The notes under the pieces: generated by a model
Told to the model about the DNA's origin: nothing
Database searches by the model: none
Seen by the model: only the letters and a program-made list of their open reading frames with translations
Assembly: GCA_043228905.1 (NCBI GenBank)
Contig: JBHGNT010000234.1
Location: 1-47,033, forward strand
DNA length: 47,033 bases
Direction of reading: 5' to 3'
Source: Azolla caroliniana
Lineage: Eukaryota > Plantae > Polypodiophyta
Translations under genes and position numbers: made by a program
Shown here: positions 1-12,226 of the stretch, one piece after another
Layout of the letters: each line of letters begins with the position of its first letter
How positions within the stretch are numbered: position 1 is the stretch's first letter

Positions 1-1754
1 ATAGGCCTCCAAGTAGCTCATCTCGACTTTACAGTTAAATCGTCCTATCGTGTATCATTTCGATGGCCTTGTCTAGGCCACCTGCGCTTTCCCGAGCATT
101 CACTAGCGGTCGACAGCTACCGCCATTGCTTCAACAAGTTTGCTAACTCTCATTTCTAGCTCCTTTGCCGCCCCCTTTCACGTCAGTTTCACCAAAGATG
201 TCACGAAAATCCGCAAGTATGTGTTGAAACGGGGCGGGACCACCAGGGTCTCGGACCAAGGACCCGGTAAGGGACGAGAGATTATCCGGATTGGTTTCCA
301 GATTACTTCGCCGGAGCGCGGTCCGGACATGTATCCGATCTAGACTAGTCTCCGGATGCCGGATGATGAGCACATGGGCTCGGATGCGCAGAGTGTTCAA
401 GAACTGCCGTTGAATAACGGACAACGAGCCCACAGGATAGCGTGCTCGGGTATGCACACACGGATGCGAGGGATACAGATAAAGTAGGCCGAATGCAAAG
501 GACACAAGAAACTCCGGTGTCGCGTTGTTACACGCGTACGTGGGGAACGAGGCGGGACCACCGGGGTCTTGGACCGAGAAATAGCTGAGAAGGAGGAGAG
601 CGGAAAGGCAACGGACGCACTTGCACACGCACAGACACGAGAGCACACAGGAATCACAGTCCAACAACACAGCAAAACAAGACGACTAGAAGTCTGAGTA
701 TATGAACACGTACATATATTAATATATATATATATATATCGAGATGGTTACAACTAACAGGCCGGCAAGGCGAACACCGACGCCTGTTCACTCACACACA
801 CAGAAGAGCGAGATGGAGACTCTGCCGGAAGCACACGGGTGTTCCACGGAGCAGAGTCAGCCTCCCGAAAACCTGCGCAAAAATGGCTATGGAGAGTGGC
901 AGAGGAGAAGGGCTCGGTCCCAGTCCGGCAACACTTCATCCTCTCTAACGCGCGATCCCTTTCCCCATTCCTCTCCCTCTCTTTTATAGCCTAAGGAGGG
1001 AGGTCGTTGTCATCCGTTACATCATATTAATTCTCTGTCCTTTCGGACAGAGATACACCTCGATTCGCTCCCTATTGAATGCATGCTACCTAGGATTTCC
1101 TCTCAGCCGACTTGTACCTACCTACAACGAAAAGTGTGCTCACGTGTAAGGGCCGGTTTACACACGCTAAACTCGGTTTCCGCTTAGGGACGGTTTTCTT
1201 CACGACACCGGAAAAGAAACATCAAATATATTCGATTAATCTCTATGTAGTGAGAGAGGTACAATCTGAACGCGGTCGGTAACAGAGTTGTGCGCCCTTG
1301 AAACACACACACAGAATGATGAGCCTCTAGTCGGGAGCACATAAGCTTCATATGCAAGTAGAGGCCTCACCTTCTTCCCGAATCAATACAGAGCCAAAAT
1401 AGAGAGAACAATAGAGCGGATCTCAAACCGGCAACACTTCCTTCTCCAAAATGATGGATCCCTCCAACAGTTCAAAACCTCCCCATTTATAGCACAAGGG
1501 GAGGCCATTATATCACGCTTAAAGACAACCATTTTTTGTCAGTGATCTCCATCGATCCTCTCACATCTCCTCCTATTATTCCTCTCTTTCTATGGGACAT
1601 TAAAGTACCCATTTAAATCATACAACCTAGTATTCATCAACACATAAATATTTACATATGTTTGTACATAAACAATTTTGTGTGCATCCGCGCACACCCC
1701 CATTCACGCTCATCCAGCTCCTTTTTCTTCCAATGGCCGGAATCCTTCACGACA
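1..1754 (-). mobile_element. Phygy-like Ty3/gypsy 5' end: 5' LTR (199-1754, interrupted by solo LTR 518-1207), tRNA-Trp-type PBS (177-194) and decayed gag start running off the window
   Basis: LTR termini TGTCACG (199) and CACGACA (1754). Plus strand 177-194 TTCACGTCAGTTTCACCA resembles the 3' end of plant tRNA-Trp. The minus strand at 1-150 has decayed gag-like residues (YLEAY) similar to the gag starts at 14456 and 43810. Right flank is ACGT. Confidence 0.75.
518..1207 (-). mobile_element. Solo LTR, Phygy-like family, inserted in a related LTR
   Basis: TGTCGCG...CACGACA termini and 4-bp TSD CCGG (514-517 / 1208-1211). Shares motifs (GGCGGGACCACC, CCGGCAACACTTC, TTTATAGC) with the host LTR. 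Confidence 0.85.
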
Positions 1755-2514
1755 ACGTGTGGTGTGTGCTCCTCTATCTTGGAAGAAAAAGCTAGGATGT
1801 CATCAAGGTAGATTACCACAAAGATCGAGATACTCCCAAAATATATTGTTCATCATGTGTCGGAAGATTGTCGGGGTTGTTGTCAGATCAAAAGGCATCA
1901 CCTTGTACTCGAAATGTCCAGAGCGTGTCTGAAAGGTTGTTTTCCACTCGTCTCCAAACTAGACGCACACCAGATTGTAGGCTCCCCGAAGGTTGATTTT
2001 GGAGAAGATACACCCAGTTCGGAGTTGATCGAAGAGTGTCGGAATTAAGGGCACGGGATAACGATTGTGCACCGTAACTTTGTTGAGACACCGATAATCC
2101 ACCATCGTCATAATGAGCCATCCTTCTTCTTGACAAATAATATTAGGGCCCCGACCGGTGATTTGGAGGGTTGAATGAAGCCCTTTGCGAGATTTTAATC
2201 CAGATATATTTGAAGAGCCTCAAGTTCGAGTTCAGATAGCCCATAGATGGGACCAAATGGTGGATGCACACAATCTTGGAGTTCGATTGGGCAATCGTAG
2301 GGGCGATGTGCCGGTAACCGATCTGCATTTCTCTTTTCAAACACATACAAAAAGTCACTATATCTTGTGGGCAAATTGGTGACAAGAACAAAGACGTCCC
2401 ATGACAAAACAGGTGTTGTACCAACCAAGCTGGAATCAGCCACAACAAAATTAGTAGAGTTGGAATAGAAAGAATGCGCAGAGAAATTGGAAGCAACTCC
2501 CACACAAGTAACGT

Positions 2515-3343
2515 TGTCGTGCCTTTCGGCTCTAGATCATTGCGTGAGTCGGGTGGGAACCACCGGGGTTTTGGACTAGGAGGAGGAAGAATTTGAGGCT
2601 AATCTAGTTATGAATATGAATAGATTATAAGAAAAAGATATAGAAACTTGTGAATCCCACAAGTATAATTGTTTTAGTTTATCTTAATCGTAGTAATAAA
2701 TTGAAATAGTTTAGAATAGATTAGAGTAGATTGAGAAAAGAGATCAAACCTTGTGAATCCCACAAGTATAACATTAATCAATATTTATGTAAGAATATGA
2801 ATTTAGATTGAAAGAGATAGATTATATAAAACTTCGTGAATCCCACGATTCTATTTTATTATTGGTGTTTTAGGAAATATATCCAATTTCCCAAATATTT
2901 CACACACTTACATTGTGCTCCTCATCCTCATATAGAGATGAGAGAGTCTTAGCAATCCATGCTTTTTCTTTTCTAACTATAGACTCCATGCTTTTCCTAT
3001 AGATAGACTATATGCTTTATCTAAAGTGATCATGCTTTTTCTAACTTGTGCGTTTTTTTATTATTATCAACTATAGGGTTCATGCACGCTAGATGTGCAT
3101 GCGTTTTTCTTTTAACTAAAGTTTATCCTAGGTGAACTAACCTTTCTATGTGGAACATCTATTTTGAACACTAATGAAATGCTAGTGTAATGGTAAGACA
3201 TTACATTATTAACATGGAGGTGCAAGGTTCGAGTCTTGCCCTATGCATGTTATATATATTTTAATATTTTCTACTATTTATTCATATTTATTAAATCGGT
3301 ACTTTATAAGTTTTTCACGTAGTGTACGAAATACACTACGACA
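2515..3343 (-). mobile_element. Solo LTR, Phygy-like family
   Basis: TGTCGTG...TACGACA termini and TSD ACGT (2511-2514 / 3344-3347). First ~80 bp match the LTR at 43850, which abuts a Trp-type PBS and gag. Three internal repeats of GTGAATCCCAC at ~2650, ~2753 and ~2836. Confidence 0.85.
3176..3247 (+). promoter_or_regulatory. tRNA-like Pol III promoter module (A box + B box) inside solo LTR
   Basis: A box TAGTGTAATGG 3183-3193; B box GGTTCGAGTC 3226-3235 in a GCAAG/CTTGC hairpin; no acceptor stem. Confidence 0.6.
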
Positions 3344-5397
3344 ACGTTGTGGGGGGTCTTGACCCGCGCTAGTGTCTGTGAAAAAGTGGGGTATGGTGGT
3401 CGACCTCCATCTGGGTATGAATATCATTGGAGGATAACAAACGTGGCATGGTTGATGAAACTGATACATATGGCCTTGTGATTGGAGTGTTGCAGGAGGA
3501 AAACTGAAATCTTCAAGTTCCATGTTCCTCTTGACGAAGCTCAAAAAGACGATTATCATATTGAATGGCTTGGGAGATTACCTGAGACAATGATGTGGGT
3601 TCCGGAAAGTGGTCGTATAAGGCGTGGTCATCCCAGCTGACATCGCACACGATCTAATGAAACTCTAAAGCGTAGATGGAGGATGGACACGAGCCTTGTT
3701 GTAAGGAATAGAGTTTCGTGAGTGTCGTTCATCACCAGTCTGTTTCTCCGAATGTGGCTTGAAGCTCGGCAAGGAAGGTGGGGAAGTTTTCTAAGAGAGG
3801 GGATGAGGTCTTGACCAATGGTGCAAACCACGCTTGCACCGGTTTGGAGAGAAGGGTGCCAATGAGGCCGACCTGAGTGTGGCTCAGCGGGTGGTGGGTT
3901 GTTGGATGTGTTGTTTTGAAGCTCTCATAATCATTCCCGAAAGATTTCATTTTCTAGTTGAAGTTGTTGCAAGGCTACCATTACTTGGTTTAGGTTGTTG
4001 ATGGAGTTGGCCATGGTAGCAAGAAGAGGAAGGTGAACAAACTATCACAGACGAGTAGAACAGAGCAAAACTAAGATGAGACTAAATACTAAGAGAGAGA
4101 GAGAGAGAGAGAGAATAGACAAGAGAACAAGAACTGAATTTATGTTTTTGTAACTGGAGTTGTTCACCTTGATTAGAATCAAGGTGCACCCGAGTATTTA
4201 TACAAGAAGGTGGAGGTATGCATGTAAGCTAGGAATAATCTAGAAAATGCATGAGCATGCATGCAAGCTAGGAAACTTCTAGTGATTAATCTACAATATA
4301 ATAAAAATGATGCACATATGGATGTAGCTCAATTGGTAAGGTTACATTCCACCATGGCATCATGTCTATGACATGAACTCCTGTCCATTCTCCTTTTTGT
4401 TGATCGACCAGCAGTCGGCAACACTATGTCCGGCCTTTCTGCGGTGTGTGCAAAAGGTGTTCGGCTTCCCATTACACGACTTTGACCATTGGCAATCATT
4501 TTTTCTCCTTGGCCAGCTTGGACTTCGGTCGGCTCTCTAAGTTGATTCAGTTGAGTGGTGGGTTTCTGCAAAGTCATCGATGGTGAGTCCCATCGACCGT
4601 TGTCAGATATCTTCCGACAATATCGTTCCGATCACTTCATCCAAAGTGAATTTTGGAGAGCATTTCGTGAATGTAGTGCAGACGACCTCCCAACTCACAG
4701 GAAAGCTCGAGAGCAAATCAAGGGTTTTCACCTCTTTTTTGAAGTTGATCCCTTGGGAGGAGAGTTCGGCAACCACCCGGCTGAAGGTGTTGATGTGGGA
4801 GGTGATCGGTTTAGATTCATTCATTTTCATATTAAACATATGCCAGATCAATATGAGCTTTGATGAGGATGATTTCTTCTTATATACGACCTGGAGCTTC
4901 TCCCATACACTCTACATCTGGAATTTCTCCGATGTCTCGTTGGCCATGCTGAAGTAGACGTTTTCGGCCAGATGCATTCGGATGGTCTAGTTTGCTATTT
5001 CGTCCATGGATCACCATTCCTCCACCGTCATTGACGCTGGTGTGGTTGTATGCCGTATGGCTTCTATCTTACGTCGAATGATGAGAACATCCTACATCAT
5101 CTCCTACCATAGGGGAAAAACAATTCCGTGAAACTTTCAGATTTCCACTCCTGTGTTGGATGTTTATTTGTGGGAAGTGAGATTACCAACCTGGTCTTTT
5201 CCTTTCAGTTGATTCCTTCTTCTTGAGTTGATGTTGTTGCTATTCCCGGACTCTAGTAGCTCTAATACCAATTGATGAATATTGAAGAATATGAACACTA
5301 TGAAGACCTGTTGATGAGTTAGGCAAATTGCAAGAAACAAGAGAAGAAGATTAGTTCACTGTGCAACAAGATGAAGAATAAGCTAAAGACTGTTACA

Positions 5398-5401
<4 letters not shown>

Positions 5402-5440
<39 letters not shown>
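5402..5440. repeat. (GA)n microsatellite within copia LTR
   Basis: Pure AG dinucleotide run. Confidence 0.95.
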
Positions 5441-5442
<2 letters not shown>

Positions 5443-5615
5443 GGTAAGGTTTCCCAATGGAGACTAGGAGGTCATGGGTTCAAACCCTACATTCCACAAT
5501 GGCATCTAGTGAATTAAAAGATATATATGAAGTATATAATAGAAAAATGAGGAAATTGGGTTTCGAACCCAAGACGTAGTGCTTGTAGTGTAACAACTTA
5601 CCACGAGGGTAAGGT
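5438..5615. promoter_or_regulatory. Convergent pair of tRNA-like A/B-box modules in copia LTR
   Basis: Plus strand: GAGTTGGTAAG...GAGGTCATGGGTTCAAACCCTAC (B box 5476-5487). Minus strand: TACCCTCGTGGTAAG...TTGGG-TTCGAAA-CCCAA, a perfect T-arm at 5572-5556. Confidence 0.6.
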
Positions 5616-5854
5616 AGTTATGATAAAAGAAAGAGAAACAGAGAGAGGTGCTCGTTGCTCAAGAGACAAATTTTTTCAATAACCCTCGGAAACTTACTTT
5701 ACAAGATCAATTGCCTACTTAAATAGTTGGGTTAACTGTGCTTTCACACTAGGGTCATTGGGTGGAGTGGGACTTTTATCCCAACATGGAGCTCCTTTGG
5801 AAGACTATGGCGAAATGGGCATATCTAATTTTGGACTTTTCGATATCTTAATAT

Positions 5855-6402
5855 TGTTAAGAATCGACATGCCACAACCGGTTACATGTTCCTTTCCGGG
5901 TGCAAAAGAAACAAGCATGATAATACACAAACGGAAAACGAGGGGATAGAGAATGAGAAACAGAGACACAATGTTTAATGTGGAAAACCCAAATGGGAAA
6001 AACCACAGGAGTCCTCAAACTCTGAACTAGATCACTAATGATGAGGGGGAGTACAATAAGATACTCAGAGCAACAACCTCTAGATCTTCTTCATCTGATA
6101 GATAGCTGCTGAGTTACAACTCTCACTCTTTCTCTCTCTGACTCGCAGTTACAAAGGCAACAACTTCTCTAACTATACAACAATAATGATCAACTATGTA
6201 TATTTTAAAGTTTTCCCTAGTTGTTTATATACTAAAACAACTTTTCGGCTATTTACAAACATAGCCCACAAGGGCACATTTCAACTATTTACAAATATAG
6301 TCTCCCGAGTTGGCTATATCCTCAATTTCAGTTTCAGCCTCGGCCGAGTTACTCATCAACTCGGCTCGTCTCTTCCCATCCGGAGGGACCTGTTTCCCAA
6401 CA
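5855..6402 (-). repeat. 3' LTR of copia element
   Basis: Direct repeat of 17485-18002 with scattered substitutions and a ~30-bp indel near the left end. Confidence 0.92.
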
Positions 6403-6444
6403 AACTCCCCCTTCACTCAGCATGGGTTACTTCACCAAACCGAT

Positions 6445-8002
6445 GACTCTCTGTTGGCACGCATTTAGCTTCGGTTGACAGCACCTTCATCAACATATCC
6501 GATCCATTCTCGGCCGTGTGGATCTTCATCAAAGCAATGTCCTTCTCTTCTACTCGCTCTCGGAGCCAATGGTATCTCCTCTGGATGTGCTTGGTCCTCG
6601 AGTGGTAGGTGGCATTCTTGGCAAGATGGATGGCACTCTAATTATCATAGTAGAATCAAAATTCTTCCTGTCGAATTCCCAGCTCACCGATAAACTCCTT
6701 CATCCATGTTATTTCCTTGTCGGCTTCTGTTGTGCCCATATACTCGGCTTCCGTGGTCGATAGTGCCACGGCCTTCTGCAGCCTCAACTGCCACGAAACA
6801 GCTCCCCTGCACAAGAAATCACGTATCCATGCATGGATCGGTTGGTATGCATTAGCCGACATGTCTAAATCCGTGTAACCTTCTAGTATGGGGTTACCCG
6901 AGCCAAATCGAAGACACAAGCTCGAGATGCCTCTCAGGTACTGAAGTATCCACTTCACAGTAGCCCAATGCTCTCTGACGGGATTGCTCATATATCGGTT
7001 GACCACTCCGACTGCATATCCTATGTCCGGCCTAGTGCATACCATCACGTACATCAGGCTTCCAACCGTTGAGGCATAAGGGAATCTTGACATCTCGGTC
7101 TTCTCGGCTTTCGATTTCGGACATTGATCTTTGCTTAGCTTGCAGTTCATCGGCAATGTCGAGCCGACCGGTTTCGCGCTTTCCATGTCGAATCTCTGGA
7201 GCACCTTTGTCACGTATTTCCCCTATGACAACCATAATAATCTCTTTGTTTGATCCTGAACAATGTGCATTCCCAGGATTTGTTTTGTCGGACCCATGTC
7301 TTTCATCGAGAATGACCTACCCAAGGCCTTCTTCAAGTTTCTGATTTTCTTCAGGTCTTGTCCAACAATTAACAAGTCATCCACATACAACATGAGGATG
7401 AGAAAATCTCCTCCATCATACTTTTTAACAAAAGACACAGTGATCAGCCTATGTCTTGTCGAAACTATGATCACCATGAAAGATTCAAATTTTTGGTACC
7501 ATTGGCAAGGTGCCTGCTTCAACCCGTACAAGCTCTTCCTCAATCGCCATACCAGGTTTTCTTTACCTTTCTCCACAAATCCTTCCAAATGGTGCATATA
7601 TATCTCTTCCTCCAAATCTCCATGAAGGAAGGTGGTCTTGACGTCCAGTTGTTTGACTTCGAGATCCATGCTAGCCGCAATGCTCAACATTGTTCGGATT
7701 GACATCATCTTCACGACCTGGGCAAATATTTCGTCGAAATCAACCCCCTTCTTCTGCTAAAAACCTTTCACGACAATTCGTGCTTTGTATCTAGGTGGAT
7801 TTCTGCCATCTCCCATCTTCAGATTGTATATCCACTTATTTCGTAGTGCCTTCTTCCCTTTCGGCAACTCAGTTAGTTCGTATGTGTGGTTCCCATGCAA
7901 GGAATCCATCTCCTCTTGCATGACACTGAACCACTTTCGGTTGTGGGTATCGTGTTTAGCTTCTACAAAGACTTCTGGCTCCCCCTCATCGGTTAGCAGT
8001 AC
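6445..8002 (-). pseudogene. copia reverse transcriptase and RNase H (frameshifted)
   Basis: QLDVKTTFLHGDLEEEIYM, SLYGLKQAP, LYVDDLLI, PYASTVGSLMY, ALSTTEAEY. Confidence 0.92.
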
Positions 8003-8006
8003 ACGT

Positions 8007-8732
8007 TGTCGCGTCGATCTCGGCGTACGATAGCAAACGAAAAGAAAATTGCGTATCTTGGAAGTAAGCACCGGGCTTCTTGTCAAAGAAAGAGGAGAAA
8101 TAGAAATAATGTGTATTGATATCTGAAGATGATTACAAAATATTTCTTGTACAATAATATAGCTTGTCCCTATTACAATAATATTCCTCGTCTCCTGTTC
8201 TCCCCTTCACTCTTTTCCCTTTCCCTCTTTAAATAGGTGCCCCCATGCATATGATGCATGTGAGGGTACAAGATATGCGTGTAGTGCATGAAATGCATGT
8301 GATGCATGTGAGGGTACAAGATATGTGTGTAGTGCATGAAATGCATGTGATGCAGGATCGCCATTTGGCGTTCATGCATTACATGTGATGCATGATAGAC
8401 ATCCCATGCATTCGAGCTTTCATGTATGAAAATATACATGGCATAAGTACAAACATTAAAATATAACTTTAAAAGAATAAATGTCCTAGCCTAATGGTAT
8501 ATGCATTGTGTTTGGTATGTGAGGTTGTGGGTTCAAGTATTTCGAATGTTATTCAATACAATATTTTAGTTTATTTTTCTATCATGAAGCAAATCCTTCA
8601 CGACACCTAAACCCCCACACACTCCTATTCATCGAGGCCTCGCACTTTATATAACCTTTTACAAACATTTGAATAAGCTCATATAAATTGGTAGAGGTTA
8701 TTTTCTCATCGTGGCATGGAAATGTCACAACA
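8007..8732 (-). repeat. 3' LTR of Phygy-like element (726 bp, expanded ATGCAT-rich tandem block)
   Basis: Direct repeat of 14493-15066 plus ~150 bp of extra sequence at ~8290-8440. Confidence 0.9.
8483..8548 (+). promoter_or_regulatory. tRNA-like A/B-box module in LTR (second copy at ~14817-14882)
   Basis: A box TAGCCTAATGG 8487-8497 and 14821-14831. B box GGTTCAAGT 8530-8538, decayed in the right copy. Confidence 0.6.
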
Positions 8733-8742
8733 TCCTCCCCCT

Positions 8743-11700
8743 CTAGACCTGCGCATCCTTTGGCATGCGCCAACGAATGTCTCCTTCTTCAGCTTCATGG
8801 ATGTCATCTTCATTGAGGAAGTTATTGCTTTGATCTTCCCTTCTTTTGAATAGCTTAATTCGCTTTCCTGCAATTGGTAACTTTAAAGCAACTCCATCCA
8901 TTTCAGTTAGAAAATACATTGCATTTTTATTCACTTGTCTAATGATATATGGCCCGAACCATCTTTTGGCAAATTTGCGAGAAGTACTATGTTGGTTATC
9001 TAAACTGCTATCATAACTATGACCTAATCACCTTCTTGGAGCTTTCTTGGTTGAAGGCGATGAGTTTTATCATATCTTTCTTTGTTTTGTAGTCGACATT
9101 GTTTCATCCTTTCGGTAGCTATTTGAACATATTCATCCCTTCTTTCTAACTGTCTTATTCTAAGAGCAAGCAAATCTTCTCGACTCATTTCATCTGCCCA
9201 TGGCAAGGAAACCCAGGAAAATATCGATTGCTCTACTGGCATAATTGGTTTTTGACCAAGTATCAATTCTGATGGCATAAAGCCAGTTACGGAACTATGA
9301 GTAGTGCGGTCAGCCCATACTGCATACATTAACAAATAAGGCCAGTTAGCTATCTTGCCATCACAAGCTTTCACCAAAGCTTTTACGATAGGGTTATGTC
9401 CACGCTCAGCCTTCCCATTAGCTTCAGGGTTATATGCCGTAGTTAAGGAAAATCAAATTCCCATTCTTGAAAAACATTGTCCAACGTCGTTAGAATCTAG
9501 TTCTCCTCTGTCTGCAACAATCTTCCCTTCAAGAAGGAACTTACAAATAGCTAAAGTGGTTTTTTGGCGTTGGGCTCGGCCTTCCACTTGATTTGTCAAA
9601 TCTTCTCTTGCCAATACAAGATATCTCATTTGCCAAACCCCCACATGCAATATTACAATATCCAAAACCCATTTATAATGTAGAGATAAAGAATAAGTAG
9701 GTTCACCACTGATTGTACATAATCTAAAACAGCATTGTACATTCCAGCCCACCAAAACTTCTCTTTTAATTTCGAGTAGGTGTCCCAAACTCCACGATGA
9801 CCTGCCCATAAAGTATCATGAAATTCAAATATTAGTTTTTGTTGCTCTTCCCTTCTTCCAACCACTCTTTGCGGAATCCCTTTCACAACTTTTGGATGTC
9901 TCTAAAGATATCCCTCATGAAGAAAAAATTTATAAGCTTTCTTTCTTATTTTATGAAATAGCTCCCTTGACCATGTTCCATCTTTCTCATGAGTACTCAA
10001 GTATTTTCGAATTTGTAACATCTCCCCCTCGTACTCAGATTCACGAAGAATAACATGAACACCCAAATCACATGACCCCTTCAAGTTACAATTTATGGAA
10101 AAGAAATCAAAACTCTCATCTTCTTCATCAGTCATTACCATAGTATTTTTACCTTTAAACCATGCTCTTGAGAGCATATCGGCAACTGGGTTATCCGTTC
10201 CTACAATGTGCTTGATTTCAAGACATAGTGATTTTATGTAGGCTATCCATCTAAGCATAGCTATATCAGATGTTTCACAAAGTGAAATCATTCCTAGCAA
10301 TGGACGACAATCTGTTTCAACCACAACTTCAGCACCAATTAAGTATTCACGATCTGTTTTAATAGTTGTTAACATACCCCATAACTCTCTTTCAATCTGT
10401 GGGTAAGCTCTTTGGCATTTTGTTAAGATTTTTGCACCAAATCGAACAACGTATCTCAACCCATCCTTCTCTTCTTGGCTAACAACCCAACCGATCCCGA
10501 TTGGCCTTGTATCCACAGTAACAATGATGGGGTGTTCACTATCATACCTAGCCTTCCATAAAACAGGGGCATTCGATAACATTTCCTTTAGTTGGCGAAT
10601 TGCATTTGTATGTACATTAGTCCAAAGGAAACTCGAATTCTTCTTAAGAAACTCATAAAGCGGATCAGCCACATGTGCGAAATGTGGAATCCAAATTCAG
10701 TAAAACACACAAGCACCCAAAAACCTACGCACTTCTGTTAGAGATTTACAATCATCCTTTAGATTTTGAATTGCATTTACCTTAATTGGGGATGGCTTTC
10801 TTCCGTAGGGTCCACACCCGCGCCCTACAATTAGAACTTCGGGAACCCCAAACATAGATTTTTGACCTAAAAATGTAAGATGAACCTCTTCTAACCTTGA
10901 AAGGATTCTTTCACAAGCATCAATGTGGTCTGCAACAAACTTTCTACATCCGTTCACCATGAGTTTTTCATCATTCTTATTCATCAAGCATCCTTTAATT
11001 GGAACATCATCTAGAAAAGGCACGGTTATTTTTGGCACAAAATCTCTTAAAATTTTATTCCTAGCATTCACCATATGTGCCACTGAATTTGTAGCACCTT
11101 GAGGCAATGTACACATTCGCATCAATCCAATTGGTGTTCTTATATAGTAGTTATATCACGACTATCAATAGCAAGCTGAAATTGATCATATCCTGAATAC
11201 AAATCACACATAGAATATATAGCTCTTCCTGCGAAAGCTTCTGCAATGGCATCTACAATCAGTCCAACACCGACGTTTTGAATAGTAACTCTATTGACAA
11301 GCTGTAAATCCTGAATGAACCTTAATGAACTGTTCTTTTTAGGTACAATAAACCACTTATTCGAGTAGGGGGCATTTAATGGCTCCAAGATACCCATTTC
11401 TAATTTTTCCTTAAGCAAAGCTATTACTTGCGGTATTTGAGCCCGAGGAATAGGGATAGGCCTTAAATTCCAAGGAATATGCGGAATTGTAAATATAATA
11501 ATTGGTTCCACAATTGTTGAGTCTACACAACCAATTTCACTCGACTCAAATGCAAATCCTTTCCCATGACTAGCAATCATATTTTGAAAACATTGTATCT
11601 CAATAGGCAAAAGAAAATCATTCTCACCATTTTTTAGTTGATCTAGAGTAGCATTTGTAAACTTATGACCAATATCCTTAGAATCCCGCAATGTTGGCTC

Positions 11701-12048
11701 AAACACGACATTCTTTTTCATTTCAGTACTATCCATAGGTAGATGCATGGCCACGGGCTTGACCTTTTTGTCTATTGTTTTATATTTAGTGTTAACTTTT
11801 ATTACATAGTTATTTTTACTTGCTTTTTTAGCCATTTTATGATAGCTATTGCCAACTATTTCACTATTAGCTATAGAACCATTTTTTTCAATAAAATCAG
11901 CAATATGAAGGTACATATCAACAGAATTTACATGAACAAATGTCTTGTCGCATTCTTTCTCATTCAAGCAATTTTCTAATATTTTGACTGTATCCACATC
12001 TGAATATTCAAGAAACATACCAAAAATTATGTCATCCCTGAAGTGCAC
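8743..12048 (-). pseudogene. Ty3/gypsy pol (RT, RNase H, integrase), fragmented
   Basis: DLYSGYDQF, LPQGATNSVA, FLDDVPIKG, YPQIERELWG, NPVADMLSR, FHDTLWAGHRG, WADRTTHSSVTGFMP. Confidence 0.9.
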
Positions 12049-12226
12049 AATGCATCCAACATATTCCTGGTCCCTTTATTTTGTGCATGACTTTCAACAC
12101 CAAAGTAATAGGTAAATCCATCCATTGTATTAGACAAAGTATTGATTGTTTTATTAATTGGAAAACATTTTTGCAAGGAAAGAAAAGCTTTGGGACCATT
12201 GTGTCCCTGCCCATCAATGATCCTAT

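Larger units (their letters stand above)
1759..4330 (-). mobile_element. Decayed Tcn1-like chromovirus: 5' LTR fragment (~4043-4330), gag (~3630-4015), PR/RT fragments (1759-2510, ~3348-3600)
   Basis: Peptides QVGLIGTLLS..AWFAPL..LQATFGETD and [31 protein letters not shown] match the intact element at 36342-41098. TATAAATA on the minus strand at 4202-4195. Many stops and frameshifts. Confidence 0.8.
4331..5849 (-). mobile_element. Decayed Ty1/copia 5' part: gag fragment (~4560-5150), tRNA-Met PBS (5259-5270), 5' LTR from 5273, interrupted at 5850-5854 by the next copia
   Basis: gag peptide FNMKMNESKPITSHINTFSRVVAEL..LLSSFPVSWE. PBS reads TGGTATTAGAGC on the minus strand. LTR starts TG at 5273; its far end (after 18007) is not resolved. 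Confidence 0.7.

Noticed and set aside
140-989. Short ORFs on both strands as genes
   Set aside because: They lie in GC-rich LTR sequence, some cross an insertion junction, and none has a recognisable domain.
2644-2855. CRISPR-like spaced repeats (GTGAATCCCAC x3)
   Set aside because: The spacers resemble each other, so this is a degenerate tandem duplication inside an LTR; eukaryotic context and no cas genes.
3176-3247. Genuine tRNA genes at the A/B-box modules
   Set aside because: No acceptor stem or credible anticodon arm in any of the modules, and all lie inside LTRs.
8173-8439. His/Met-rich 88-aa ORF
   Set aside because: Translation of the ATGCAT tandem block of one LTR; not preserved in the other LTR.
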